Assembly: GCA_963799845.1 (NCBI GenBank)
Contig: CAWCYI010000006.1
Span: 640,001 to 704,000 of the forward strand
DNA from: an uncultured Nitrososphaerota archaeon
Lineage (GTDB): Archaea; Thermoproteota; Nitrososphaeria; Nitrososphaerales; CADDZS01
DNA length: 64,000 nucleotides
Reading direction: 5' to 3'
Position numbers and translations under genes: made by a program
Part shown: one piece after another, positions 40,973 to 51,125 of the stretch
Position numbering within the stretch: position 1 is the stretch's first letter
Layout: every line of letters begins with the position of its first letter
Notes under the pieces: generated by a model
Seen by the model: only the letters and a program-made list of their open reading frames with translations
Told to the model about the DNA's origin: nothing
Database searches by the model: none

Positions 40973-41743
40973 TTACTGGTCTTTACGAAGCTGCTTCGCT
41001 CTCGCTCTTCCGACGACTTTTTGCGAGACTCCTTCTCCCGCATACTCCATGGCAAGCGACTGCTGGCTCTGAAGACCCTTTGAGAGTAGGTAAATCACGA
41101 AATCCCCGTCCTCTCGTCGTAAAATCCCGTAATGGATTCCGACTCCCTTGACAAGCCGATCCACAAACATTCTCGTGAAAATGACTCTGTGAACTATGCT
41201 ATCGACATACCTTCTCAGGGTAACGATGGTCGTCTTGGATGCTCGGGAGAGTTCGACAAGGGCATTCGTCACCTCGATCGTGTTTGAGAGTGATTCCAGC
41301 CCCTTGGAACACACGCACCTCACAAAGGCGTTTTCCTTGAATGGTAGCGATGTAATCGACGCTACAATGATTTCGCCCGAGAACCCTTCGGCCTTCCTGG
41401 TCGTTAGAGCAATGAGAGACTTGCTGATTGCGACAGATTCTAGGTTATGAACGATCAGGGAAGATTCCAGTTTGTCCGCTCCCGCATCGAGGATCAGACC
41501 TGACTCCTCATAGAGGAAATATCTCAGGACGTCTTCAAGGCTCGCAAAAGCTGGCATTGACGAAACTGCGAGATTTGGACCCGCGGCCTTTCTTGCCTGC
41601 CTCGCTTGTTCCTCAGCCTGCTCCCTCAACCAGTCTTCATAGGTGTAGTTCTTCTTGTAACTATCGGATCTTGAGCTTCCACCGGAACCGCTCTCGGATG
41701 AATTCTCCTTTCCAACCGTAGGATCAACTTCTTGACTCGTCAA
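40973..41743 (-). CDS. Divergent class I SAM-methyltransferase-like protein
   Basis: ILDAGA, ASITSLPFKENAF..CVC...LE, LVELSRAS. Confidence 0.55.
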   Translation of the reverse strand: MTSQEVDPTVGKENSSESGSGGSSRSDSYKKNYTYEDWLREQAEEQARQARKAAGPNLAVSSMPAFASLEDVLRYFLYEESGLILDAGADKLESSLIVHNLESVAISKSLIALTTRKAEGFSGEIIVASITSLPFKENAFVRCVCSKGLESLSNTIEVTNALVELSRASKTTIVTLRRYVDSIVHRVIFTRMFVDRLVKGVGIHYGILRREDGDFVIYLLSKGLQSQQSLAMEYAGEGVSQKVVGRARAKQLRKDQ

Positions 41744-41987
41744 TTCAGATAACCTTCAAAGATTCAACTAATTTCATATACTGTGGCAAAAACGTGCACG
41801 TAGAACGATGAAAGAGCAATTGGTAAGCCTTTCCTATAAAGGCTTTTTCCACAATAGAAGAATTTCTCGTGAGAAATTGCCTAAACCGATCTTTACATGA
41901 CTTCGGTAGAACAGTTAAATGGAATTTGCAAGATCGTTTTGATGCCCGCGTGATGCGTTTACGTCGCCGTTATTCTTCCTGCTTTTC

Positions 41988-42806
41988 ATGTTCCTGACAT
42001 CCGTGGCCGCGGGGGCGATCGGCTCGATTGTCGGCATCGGCGGCGGCCTACTGGTTACGCCGGTTCTCACCCTCATCTTCGGGGTAGATATCCACCTTGC
42101 GATCGGCGCAAGCATAATCGCAATTATTGCCACTTCAAGCGGCGGAGCCGTGGCGTACATCAGAGACAGAATAACAAACATCAGGATCGGCATGTTCCTT
42201 GAGATCGGAACAACCCTTGGCGCGATTACTGGAGCTGCTATCGCCGCCTACGTGAATTCCGCACTCTTGTTCGCCTTTTTTGGAGTGATCCTGTTGTTTT
42301 CTGCCATTCCCCTCTTGAGAAACAGGAACGAGGAACTCCCCCACGATGTCAGTAACGACTCTGTCGCAAACAGATTGCATCTGAACTCGAGCTATCCCGA
42401 ACAAAGGACGAGCCAGGAAATCTACTACAACGTTCAGGGAAGCTTCATTGCTCTGGGAATAATGTATGTCGCTGGACTCCTTTCAGGACTGCTTGGGATA
42501 GGAAGCGGTGCATTCAAGGTGCTCGGCATGGAGAATGCCATGCGGTTGCCGATGAAAGTCTCAACTACCACCAGCAACTTCATGATTGGTGTCACGGCGG
42601 CGGCGAGCGCCGGGATTTATTTCGTTAGGGGAGACGTAAACCCGTTCATAGTCGCACCGGTGGTCCTTGGAGTATTGGGCGGGGCCTTCGTTGGGACAAA
42701 GATCCTCGTCCGGGCAAGGAATACGACGGTGAGGACCGTGTTCATCATTGTACTTTTCGGCATCGCAATTGAAATGATTGGCAAGGCAGTCGGCGTATTG
42801 CCCTAA
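41988..42806 (+). CDS. TauE/SafE (TSUP) family transporter
   Basis: GSIVGIGGG..VTP, SGLLGIGSG.FKV, STTTSNFMIGVT. Confidence 0.9.
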   Translation: MFLTSVAAGAIGSIVGIGGGLLVTPVLTLIFGVDIHLAIGASIIAIIATSSGGAVAYIRDRITNIRIGMFLEIGTTLGAITGAAIAAYVNSALLFAFFGVILLFSAIPLLRNRNEELPHDVSNDSVANRLHLNSSYPEQRTSQEIYYNVQGSFIALGIMYVAGLLSGLLGIGSGAFKVLGMENAMRLPMKVSTTTSNFMIGVTAAASAGIYFVRGDVNPFIVAPVVLGVLGGAFVGTKILVRARNTTVRTVFIIVLFGIAIEMIGKAVGVLP

Positions 42807-42820
42807 TCAGGTGACAGTCA

Positions 42821-43285
42821 ATGAAAAATGATCCCGACGAGGACAAGTCGTTTGACAAGAAAAAGTACGCCCTCATGCAGAGCGTACTCGCAAAGACGCT
42901 ACTGTACGGCGTAGTGTTGAGCACGACTATCATTTTAGTCGGTCTCGTGTATATGGCTGCGACCTCCACGACGGGCTACAACTGCGATTTTTCCGGTTCC
43001 TCTCTAAGTTGCATCTTGAATTACAATCCAGCAACAATCCCTCACGGCGAATATCCCAACACACTATTTACAATGGCCACAGGACTGGCTCAGCTAAAGC
43101 CGTTCGCGATTATACAACTCGGAGTACTGGTCCTACTTGCAACCCCGGTCCTTCGGGTATTTGCTTCACTTGTTTTGTTCGGGATAGAGAGGGATCGGGC
43201 GTTTGTCTTGATCACGCTCTTCGTATTTCTCATACTCTTGTTCAGCTTCTTCGTGGTTCCGGAAATCCCAATTTTCAAAGCCTAG
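42821..43285 (+). CDS. DUF1634-family membrane protein
   Basis: IIQLGVLVLLATPVLRV...ERD..FV; the usual partner of this TSUP subfamily. Confidence 0.85.
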   Translation: MKNDPDEDKSFDKKKYALMQSVLAKTLLYGVVLSTTIILVGLVYMAATSTTGYNCDFSGSSLSCILNYNPATIPHGEYPNTLFTMATGLAQLKPFAIIQLGVLVLLATPVLRVFASLVLFGIERDRAFVLITLFVFLILLFSFFVVPEIPIFKA

Positions 43286-43355
43286 TCGCCTTTTGGGGAC
43301 GGAATTTTCCTTGAATAACTTTTAATCGTCACGATAAAGCATTTTTTCGAAAAAG

Positions 43356-43502
43356 GCCGGGGTTGAGCAATCTGGTCGCTCACCGCGCTCGAGATCCTCT
43401 TCGACAGTAAGAACTGATCGCGAGAGAAGAAAATTGGGCTTCGGTAAAACAAGACACGCGGCGCCCCTATGGGGTATGTGGGTTCAAATCCCACCTCCGG
43501 CG
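43356..43502 (+). tRNA. tRNA-Ser(CGA) with a 62-nt intron at 37/38 (43394-43455)
   Basis: GCCGGGG/CTCCGGC acceptor, CCGCG/CGCGG anticodon stem, long variable arm, GTGGG TTCAAAT CCCAC. Confidence 0.92.
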
Positions 43503-43612
43503 TCTTAATCTCCGTTTTAATGACCGTTAAGTACTACCTAAAGAGTTGGAATGATTTGATGCCAATTTGGGACAACAAAAGTCAAGTACGACCACGAGCA
43601 TAATCGAGTAAT

Positions 43613-43891
43613 TTGGCTTTCGACGATCCGATCGATTTCATCGCATTAGCGTGCATTCTACTCGTTCTCTATCTTGGATTTGTGAGGAGATCCAAAGAGG
43701 GAAACACTCGTGCGAATGGTGTTAGATCTACGGGATATATCCTTTTGGCTCTTGGACTTTTTTCATTTGTATTCTTGTCTTTGTTTACTCTGATGTTTAT
43801 CATCGTCGGGTTGCTCCTAATATTCTTGAGCCGGGGTGCAAAAAGAAGCCAGTTCTTGAGGAATCCGGATCATTCCCTCGATTCAGGATAA
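43613..43891 (+). CDS. Small membrane protein
   Basis: Three hydrophobic segments. Confidence 0.55.
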   Translation: MAFDDPIDFIALACILLVLYLGFVRRSKEGNTRANGVRSTGYILLALGLFSFVFLSLFTLMFIIVGLLLIFLSRGAKRSQFLRNPDHSLDSG

Positions 43892-43907
43892 CTCCCTTTG
43901 TTCAAAA

Positions 43908-45632
43908 CTACCTGAACAGATTTGTTTTCGCAAGATCTACAATTTCGTCCCCCTTTCCGTTCAGAACCGCACGGATCATGTAGAGAGTGAAGCCTTTCAC
44001 GACTTCATAGTTGATATTTGGCGGAATCAACAGCTCCTGACGGTTTACGACTACATCTACAAGCGCAGGTCCATCAGAAGCAAGAGCTTGAGTCAACGCG
44101 GGTCTTACCTGTTCGGGCTTCTCCGCGCGAAAGCCTGCAACTCCAACGGCTTCTGCCATCTTGGAAAAATCCGGGTTCTCTAGTTCCGTCCCATAATCGA
44201 CTATGCCTGCAGCTTTCATCTCCAGTTCGACAAAGTCAAGCGCTCCGTTGTTGAATACCACAACCTTCACAGGCAACTTCAGCTGCACGAGTGAAAGAAA
44301 GTCGCCCAGCATCATGGAAAAACCACCGTCGCCGGACATCGAAATCACCTGTCTTTCGGGAAAGACCTGCTGGGCGCCGATAGCTTGGGGCAACGCGTTA
44401 GCCATTGATCCGTGCGAGAACGATCCCACCAGCCTTCTCTTGCCGTTCATTTGCAAATAGCGCGCCGCCCAGATGGTCGGTGTGCCGACATCGCAGGTGA
44501 ATATCGCGTTGTCGGAAGCGACCTCGTTCAACATCTTCGCGACGTATTGGGGATGAATAGGAGTGCGGTCAACCTCGCCAACTGCAAGCGAGTCGAGATC
44601 TTTCCTTGTCTTCTGATAATGCGCCAACGAAGCGTTTAGATGTTGACTTTCTTTTTTCGGAGTCAACAAGGGCTTCAGTGCTGCGAGAGTTTCGCCCACA
44701 TCTCCTACCAATCCAATGTCAACTTTAGTTCTTCTGCCGATTTGTTCGCCACGAATGTCCACCTGAGCTATGAGAGCATCTTCAGGATAAAATTGCTGGT
44801 AGGGAAAATCGGTTCCGAGCATCAATAGGACTTCGGAATCCATCATCGCGTAGTATCCGGATGAGAATCCAAGCAGTCCCGTCATACCGACATCAAACGG
44901 ATTGTCATATTCTACATGTTCCTTCCCCCTCATCGCATGAACAATCGGAGCTTGGAGAATACTGGCCATCTCGATAAGCTGCGAGTGTGAACCCGCGCAC
45001 CCCGCACCTGCGAGTATTGTCACCTTCTTGCAAGAATTTAGGGCGTCCGCAAGTTTAGTGATGCCCCCTTTCACGGGGGACACCCTCGGATTTTCTGCCG
45101 CGAAAATCGGTATTGGCCTCTTCGACGTCGCCTCCTCAAGCGCAATATCGCCTGGGATTACAAGAACGCTCACATCACTCTTTGATATGGCAGTTCTGAT
45201 CGCAATTTCCAGCAATCGAGGGATCTGCTCAGACTGGGACACCAGCTCACAGTAGCTACTGCATTCTCTGAACACCAGCTCCGGATGTGTTTCCTGAAAG
45301 TAGTTGCTACCGATTTCGCGGATGGGTATGTGTGCGGCGATAGCGATAACCGGTACCCGGCTGCGGTGGCAATCATAGAGACCGTTGATCAGGTGAAGGT
45401 TCCCGGGGCCGCAACTTCCAGCGCACGCCGCCAATTTGCCGGTCAGATGGGCTTCCGCTCCCGCGGCGAATGCAGCAGCTTCCTCGTGGCGCATGTGGAC
45501 CCACGAAATGTCCTTGATGTGATTTCGAATAGAATCCGTTATTCCGTTCAACGAATCTCCGCTGATGCCGTAGATTCTTGATACTCCCGCAGAGATCAGC
45601 GTTTCCACGACGACGTCAGCCACTTTTGGCAT
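43908..45632 (-). CDS. poxB: Pyruvate:quinone oxidoreductase (pyruvate oxidase)
   Basis: GDSLN, RHEE.AAFAAGAEA, GSCGPGNLHLINGLYDCHRS, YFQETHP, MTGLLG, GSMANA.PQA, GDGG; ATG 45632. Confidence 0.93.
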   Translation of the reverse strand: MPKVADVVVETLISAGVSRIYGISGDSLNGITDSIRNHIKDISWVHMRHEEAAAFAAGAEAHLTGKLAACAGSCGPGNLHLINGLYDCHRSRVPVIAIAAHIPIREIGSNYFQETHPELVFRECSSYCELVSQSEQIPRLLEIAIRTAISKSDVSVLVIPGDIALEEATSKRPIPIFAAENPRVSPVKGGITKLADALNSCKKVTILAGAGCAGSHSQLIEMASILQAPIVHAMRGKEHVEYDNPFDVGMTGLLGFSSGYYAMMDSEVLLMLGTDFPYQQFYPEDALIAQVDIRGEQIGRRTKVDIGLVGDVGETLAALKPLLTPKKESQHLNASLAHYQKTRKDLDSLAVGEVDRTPIHPQYVAKMLNEVASDNAIFTCDVGTPTIWAARYLQMNGKRRLVGSFSHGSMANALPQAIGAQQVFPERQVISMSGDGGFSMMLGDFLSLVQLKLPVKVVVFNNGALDFVELEMKAAGIVDYGTELENPDFSKMAEAVGVAGFRAEKPEQVRPALTQALASDGPALVDVVVNRQELLIPPNINYEVVKGFTLYMIRAVLNGKGDEIVDLAKTNLFR

Positions 45633-45949
45633 GACGAAAATAATGGTTCGGAGACAATTAACAGTTATCGCTCCACATTTACATGGTCGCTTATTTCCAT
45701 CTTCCGAGCACGATGGAGAAAGAACGGAGAAGCTGTGGAGAAGCTCAGTCATATCAAATTATTAGGGCATGTTAATTCAAGTTTGAGGACTCAAACAAAT
45801 TGGTTTAGTTTGCTCTGGGCTCGATCTTAACCATGCCTAACGTTATATGGTTCACCAATCTATGAGGTAGCAAGTGAATAAAATTGGTATTCATAATCGA
45901 TGAAGGGAGCACATTCAAAGCGTCGATAGATAAAGTCTAGAAGCTCAAT

Positions 45950-46297
45950 ATGTCGGAGGGGAACCACTCTCATCCCAGCCTGAAAAATACAAGCTCGGAG
46001 ATGGAGGGCGAGTACCCTATTCTGAGTTACGAAACCCAGATGCCAGACGGAAGCTGGGTCAAGAACCGAGTGAAGACGACGCTTCTTCCGCCGGGGGGTA
46101 TTGGATTCGAGACGCTCGGAGGACCGATGCGGGATCCACTTCTTTCCAGTTTTACACGCCGAAAGGAAGCGAGACGGCGATCACTGTTGTCGGAAATTGG
46201 ACCGCAAAAGGAGTACCTGACGAAGCCATCCGCCAGGCCGTCCTTGGATTCCTTGACACCGTTTTCAATGAAAATCAAGCAAACCTTTCGAAAATGA
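45950..46297 (+). CDS. Hypothetical protein
   Basis: 115-aa ORF, ATG with GATAAA upstream; no motif. Confidence 0.4.
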   Translation: MSEGNHSHPSLKNTSSEMEGEYPILSYETQMPDGSWVKNRVKTTLLPPGGIGFETLGGPMRDPLLSSFTRRKEARRRSLLSEIGPQKEYLTKPSARPSLDSLTPFSMKIKQTFRK

Positions 46298-46444
46298 TAT
46301 AATCAATCAGAATACTGCGAGTGCAGAACTTTTTCTAGTTCTGCTATTCTCTTTTTTTATCCTCCTCGCTTGATTTGCAACCCAATCGGGAAATCTTGGG
46401 AATTAATTATAAGCTGCAAGCTTGATATCCGATCGCGCTGTATC

Positions 46445-47347
46445 TTGACGTCTGTCACTCTGGTCGGAAAGCAATTCAATTATGTTATTGTGGGAAGTGG
46501 GGAACCAGTTGTCCATATTCACGGACTAGAACCTTCAATGGAGGGTACAGGATCAAATGCCCGGAAGACCGGCATTCCTCGGATTTCGCAATACCTCAAG
46601 AACAAATTTCAGATTATAATTTACAACAATTACCGCATAGGTGAAATGGAGTACGCAACAAAGGCGGAGGCAAGCAACGACGTAGACAGTATTGCCAATG
46701 AATGCTTTGTGCTGCTTCAGCATCTGAACATCTCCAAAGCGCACTTCTTTGCCCATCGGCAGGTAGGTTATCCTGCGATCAAACTCGCCCTAGAGCATCC
46801 CGACCTTGTTAACTCAGTTGGGCTACTGGATTTTGCGATTGTCGAACCTTTTTTGTTGAAGCCGAAGGTGCAGGCCGCAATGGCTAGATCGATGCAGAGA
46901 GCGGCGATGAATCCCCAGTACCAGCAAAGAATGGAGATGCTTCGTCAGATGGCAGAGGCCGCAAAGTCAGGCACAATGCCAAACGGTGAAGCGGTCGATC
47001 CAGAAGTTGCCGCCCAGATCAACACCATTCCAAAAGCATTCTTGGAACAGTTCGTGCCCGGAACGGATCAAAGCGATACTCTTTCCGTGCAAGTTAGAAC
47101 GTGGACCACAAAGATGCTTTCCACTTCATACGAAGAGGTCGCGCCGAGGGTGAAGCAACCAATCTTTTCTGCCGTCTGGGGCGATGGAGAGGACTGGGCG
47201 AGACAGTCTTCCGACCTGTTGAAGAATTGGCTGCCGCAAACGGAAATCTTCACTGTGCCTAAGAAATCTCACTGGTACTCCGGCCAAAACGATGAGGGAC
47301 TGGCTTCGGGGCTCGCCGATTTCTATTCACGGCATCCCTTAACATGA
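46445..47347 (+). CDS. Alpha/beta-hydrolase-fold protein lacking the nucleophile Ser
   Basis: GSGEPVVHIHG; AHRQVG in place of GHSxGG; Met/Gln-rich cap; start uncertain. Confidence 0.75.
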   Translation: MTSVTLVGKQFNYVIVGSGEPVVHIHGLEPSMEGTGSNARKTGIPRISQYLKNKFQIIIYNNYRIGEMEYATKAEASNDVDSIANECFVLLQHLNISKAHFFAHRQVGYPAIKLALEHPDLVNSVGLLDFAIVEPFLLKPKVQAAMARSMQRAAMNPQYQQRMEMLRQMAEAAKSGTMPNGEAVDPEVAAQINTIPKAFLEQFVPGTDQSDTLSVQVRTWTTKMLSTSYEEVAPRVKQPIFSAVWGDGEDWARQSSDLLKNWLPQTEIFTVPKKSHWYSGQNDEGLASGLADFYSRHPLT

Positions 47348-47368
47348 TGAAGATTCCAATTTTCATCT

Positions 47369-48401
47369 TCAGTAAAGTTTCTTCGTATCTAGAACGTTCA
47401 AAAGAGGTCTTCCTTCGACGAATCTATTGAGGTTCTCGCAAAATAGCTTCGTAATCCTTTGGTTTTCATTCACGCCGTTGCTCGCAGAGTGAGGGCTGAT
47501 TATCACCCGCGGCATGGACCAAAGCGGACTGTCAGGAGGCAACGGCTCAATCGAGAATACATCCAGCGAAGCTCCGCGCAGATGACCCGACTGAAGGGCG
47601 TGGATGAGCGCCTCTTCATCTACTACAGCTCCGCGTGAAATGTTGATCAAAACGGCGTTCTTGGGAAGCAGAGCTCAGCTCCTTCTCACTGATCAGGTTT
47701 GTGGTTTCGTCAGTGTGAGGTGTGGTCAGGCATAGAAAGTTCGACTGCTTTAGGACAAGCGGTAATTCTGACGGTGGATAGACCTCGTCCACATTGGCAA
47801 GCGTCCCTGTCGGATTGCGTCTAGTTCCAACTACCCGCATGTCGAATGTTTTTGCAATCCTCGCAATTTCACGCCCAATCTTCCCCAGCCCGACGATCCC
47901 CAAGGTGTATTCTGAAAGCTCGTTTGCGGTAAATTGTTTCCAGACCCGGGCCTCTTGCTGTTGCTGAACTAAGAAGAAATCCTTCACGAACATCAGCATC
48001 GACATTATGACGAATTCAGCAAGCGGTCGGATGTGAACTCCACTTGCGGTTGTGAAAATCCAGTCCGTTTTTTCCGCGTATCCTTTCGATCGGACGAATT
48101 GTCCGATGCCGGCGCTGGTGCACTGAATCCACTTCAGATTCTTGGCGATATCCGGCAGATCATCCAAATGAGAGCGGTCAAAGTCAAACAACACATCGGC
48201 GCTTTGCAACAACTCCTTCCACTCACTCTCCTGTTTTGGCGTTCGAGAGGGAAGAGAGGTGTGGTCCGTCGCATGTTTCGGTTTATAGAGAAGGTCAGGT
48301 CGGAATATTACATCCACTTCAGGCACTTTATTTCTAATTTCCCCAACGAGGCTAGGATCGAGATATGATGCAATAAGGACGCGGAGGCTTTCTTCTACCA
48401 G
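47369..48401 (-). CDS. D-2-hydroxyacid dehydrogenase; apparent +1 indel at ~47675; probable CTG start
   Basis: GIVGLGKIG, PHTDET, INISRG.VVDE, LDVF..EPLP, SPH. Confidence 0.88.
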
Positions 48402-48478
48402 CCATTCTGATCGAATCCGAATTTTGGTCTAGTTTGATACAGAGTGGAGTTGCAAAAATATCGATGTGTTTTAGGAGA

Positions 48479-49480
48479 CTATTTCCTAAAGTGCGGAATG
48501 ATTTTCTGGCCTATGATATTGATTGAATTCTTGGGATCCGGACCGAGTGGAGATCCAATGAGAACTTGATTAACTCCTGCTCGGTCAAGTTCTTCGACGC
48601 GAGAGATGCAATCGTCGGACGACCCGTAGATCGCAAGCCTTAGCATCTTGTCAGTGACTAGCTTCGAGGCTTCGCGCATTCCTTCTTTCTTGAATGTTTC
48701 ATGGACTCCCGAAAATTCCTCGTGCGTCAGTCCCACGGCAGCCAGTCCCTTCGTCCCTAAAAGCGGACCAAAGTAAGCAATCAATTCCTTGAGAGGCGTG
48801 GTGATTGACTCATCCCTAGTCTTTGCAATAGACATCCAGACACAACCCGCGATGTCAACTTGCTTTGGATCCTTTCCGGCTTTTATCGCGCCCTCTGAAA
48901 TTTTTTTCACTGCGTATTCGGCGAAATCCGGCGGGTAAAGTAGAGGAAGAGCTCCGTCTCCTTCTGCCCCTGAATACTCGAGCATCTTATCACCCTGTCC
49001 CCCGATGTAGATCGGTATCTTTGAACGGAAAGGCTTGAAACGCATGTAGGCCTGCTCCGACCAAGTAAATTCCTTCCCCTCATATTTCGCAACTTTTCCC
49101 GATAGAAGCAGTCGAATCAAATCAACGGCTTCCTTTGTTCGCGTGAGAGGACGCTTTGCAGGAACCTGTAGCCAATCCATGTATTCAAGGGCCCCGGCAC
49201 TTATGCCACAAACTACGCGGCCGCTGGTGAGCTCGTCCAGCGAAGCGAGGTACATCGCAAGCTCGGCGGGGTTTGTTGTATAGGGATTTAGTATCGTATT
49301 CCCGAGAATCATTTTCCGGGTGTGCTCGGCGATTGATGTCAGCGTTACAAACGAACTTCTCATGAATATGTCGTGGGAAACCCAACAATAATCGAAACCA
49401 TTTTTCTCCGCAAGAACGGCGAGTTCGACCATATTCTGGGTCGTTCCGAACCAATCTGCTAGCCTCAATCCAAATTTCAT
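48479..49480 (-). CDS. LLM-class (Mer-like, probably F420-dependent) oxidoreductase
   Basis: AEKNGFDYCWVSH, NPYT.NP, LDELTSGR, IPIYIGGQG.KML, IGSPLGPD. Confidence 0.88.
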   Translation of the reverse strand: MKFGLRLADWFGTTQNMVELAVLAEKNGFDYCWVSHDIFMRSSFVTLTSIAEHTRKMILGNTILNPYTTNPAELAMYLASLDELTSGRVVCGISAGALEYMDWLQVPAKRPLTRTKEAVDLIRLLLSGKVAKYEGKEFTWSEQAYMRFKPFRSKIPIYIGGQGDKMLEYSGAEGDGALPLLYPPDFAEYAVKKISEGAIKAGKDPKQVDIAGCVWMSIAKTRDESITTPLKELIAYFGPLLGTKGLAAVGLTHEEFSGVHETFKKEGMREASKLVTDKMLRLAIYGSSDDCISRVEELDRAGVNQVLIGSPLGPDPKNSINIIGQKIIPHFRK

Positions 49481-49581
49481 AGATCTCCACGAGTTTCTGA
49501 AGGATTGTAAATCTTTCAGTTCAGAGTTTTCAATGGATTCTCACCCGACAGGTCTGGTCGTTCCTCAGAGAAAACGATCAT

Positions 49582-51091
49582 ATGCCCTCGAAAACGATGG
49601 AGACCCAATTCTTCGCCATGAACGTTCAAGATCTGATTTCCAAGCGGCGGACTAAGATAGTGTGCACGATCGGCCCCGCGAGCAGTTCCGACACGATGCT
49701 TCGCCGCTTAATCAGAACCGGCATGGATTGCGCGAGACTCAATTTCTCTCACGGGTCGCACACGGAGCATCTAGAAGTGATTAGAAATATCCGGAGGATC
49801 TCCGAAGAAATCGGTAAGCAGGTAGCCCTGATTCAGGATCTTCCCGGTCCAAAATTTCGTGTTGGTAAACTCAAGAGCGATCCAGTCCGTCTGCGGAAAG
49901 GGGCGACGATCGCTCTGGCAACTGACAAAGATGATTCGAACGAAGAACTGAAGATACCACTTCGGCAGCAAGACTTGCCAAAGTACGTAATGAAAGGATC
50001 TACCATATTCCTCTCGGACGGAACTATCCGTCTCCGCGTAATCAAGACTACCGAGAACGAAATTGAATGTAAAGTCCTGGTGGGCGGCGATCTCTACTCA
50101 GGGAAGGGCGTCAACATTCCATCGCTGGGCGAAGACTTTGAGACATTTACAGATGCAGATAGAGGGCATGTACTGTTCGGGCTGGAACACAAAGTTGACT
50201 TTATCGCCGTCTCCTTTGTTCGAAACAAGGCTGACATCAGGGCAGCGAAGGAGTTCATCGCAAAACACTCAGTCAATATTGAAAATACACCGTGGGTGAT
50301 CGCGAAGATCGAAAAGAGGAAGGCTCTTCAAAATCTTTCAGAAATAATCGATGCTTCTGATGCCGTGATGGTCGCGAGGGGAGATCTAGGAGTCGAAAAC
50401 CCGATAGAAGAGGTACCCATTATTCAGAAGAGAATTATTGCGCTTTGTAATTCGAGATCTGTTCCAGTAATAACGGCGACCCAAATGCTGGAGTCGATGG
50501 TCGAAAATGCAAGCCCCACGAGAGCCGAAGTGACGGATGTTGCGAACGCAATCCTTGACGGGACTGATGCGGTTATGCTTTCTGAGGAGACTGCCGTCGG
50601 GAAGTATCCTCAGGAATGCGTCCGAGTCTTGCACAGGGTTGCCCTAAACGCCGAATCAAGAATTTTGCGAAAAGAATGGACCCCAAGCTTCGAATTCGTG
50701 GGGAAAAGCGTCGACGATGTCTCGAGCTCGGGAGCGATCAGGCTTTCACAAGATGTCGGAGCGCGGTTATTCATTGCACCCACGGAAAATGGCCTGGTTG
50801 CCTCAAGACTCGCTCGATTCAAGCCGATGGCTCCGATCCTCGCGATAACCTCCCACGAGACGACTGAGAGGAAGCTCAAACTCGTCTGGGGAGTCAACTC
50901 GCTTCTTGCGAAATCTAAAGATGGAAAGGGAGCTCACAGAGCTCGATCAACTTTTGAAAACGTCGATTCACGATCTCGTAAAGAACAAGATCGTCAGCGA
51001 GGGAGACAAACTCGTAGTTTTTTGCGACAGCATAGAGTTTTTTGGACATGAAGGGAAGTTAACTTTCGTGACAGAGGCGGGGTTGGATTAG
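49582..51091 (+). CDS. pyk: Pyruvate kinase; apparent +1 indel at ~50929
   Basis: RTKIVCTIGP, RLNFSHG, AKIE, MVARGDLG, ATQML, PTRAE..D; last domain (GDKLVV) is in the next frame. Confidence 0.95.
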
Positions 51092-51125
51092 GAGTTCGAA
51101 GCTGCGAGTTACTTCGAAAGGATCG

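Noticed and set aside
15680-43502. tRNA-integrated proviruses or islands with att repeats
   Set aside because: No integrase and no duplicated tRNA 3' end noticed in the window.
45633-45752. Cys-rich 40-aa N-terminal extension of PoxB
   Set aside because: Homology begins at MPKVADVV (45632); the extension is probably a chance open frame.
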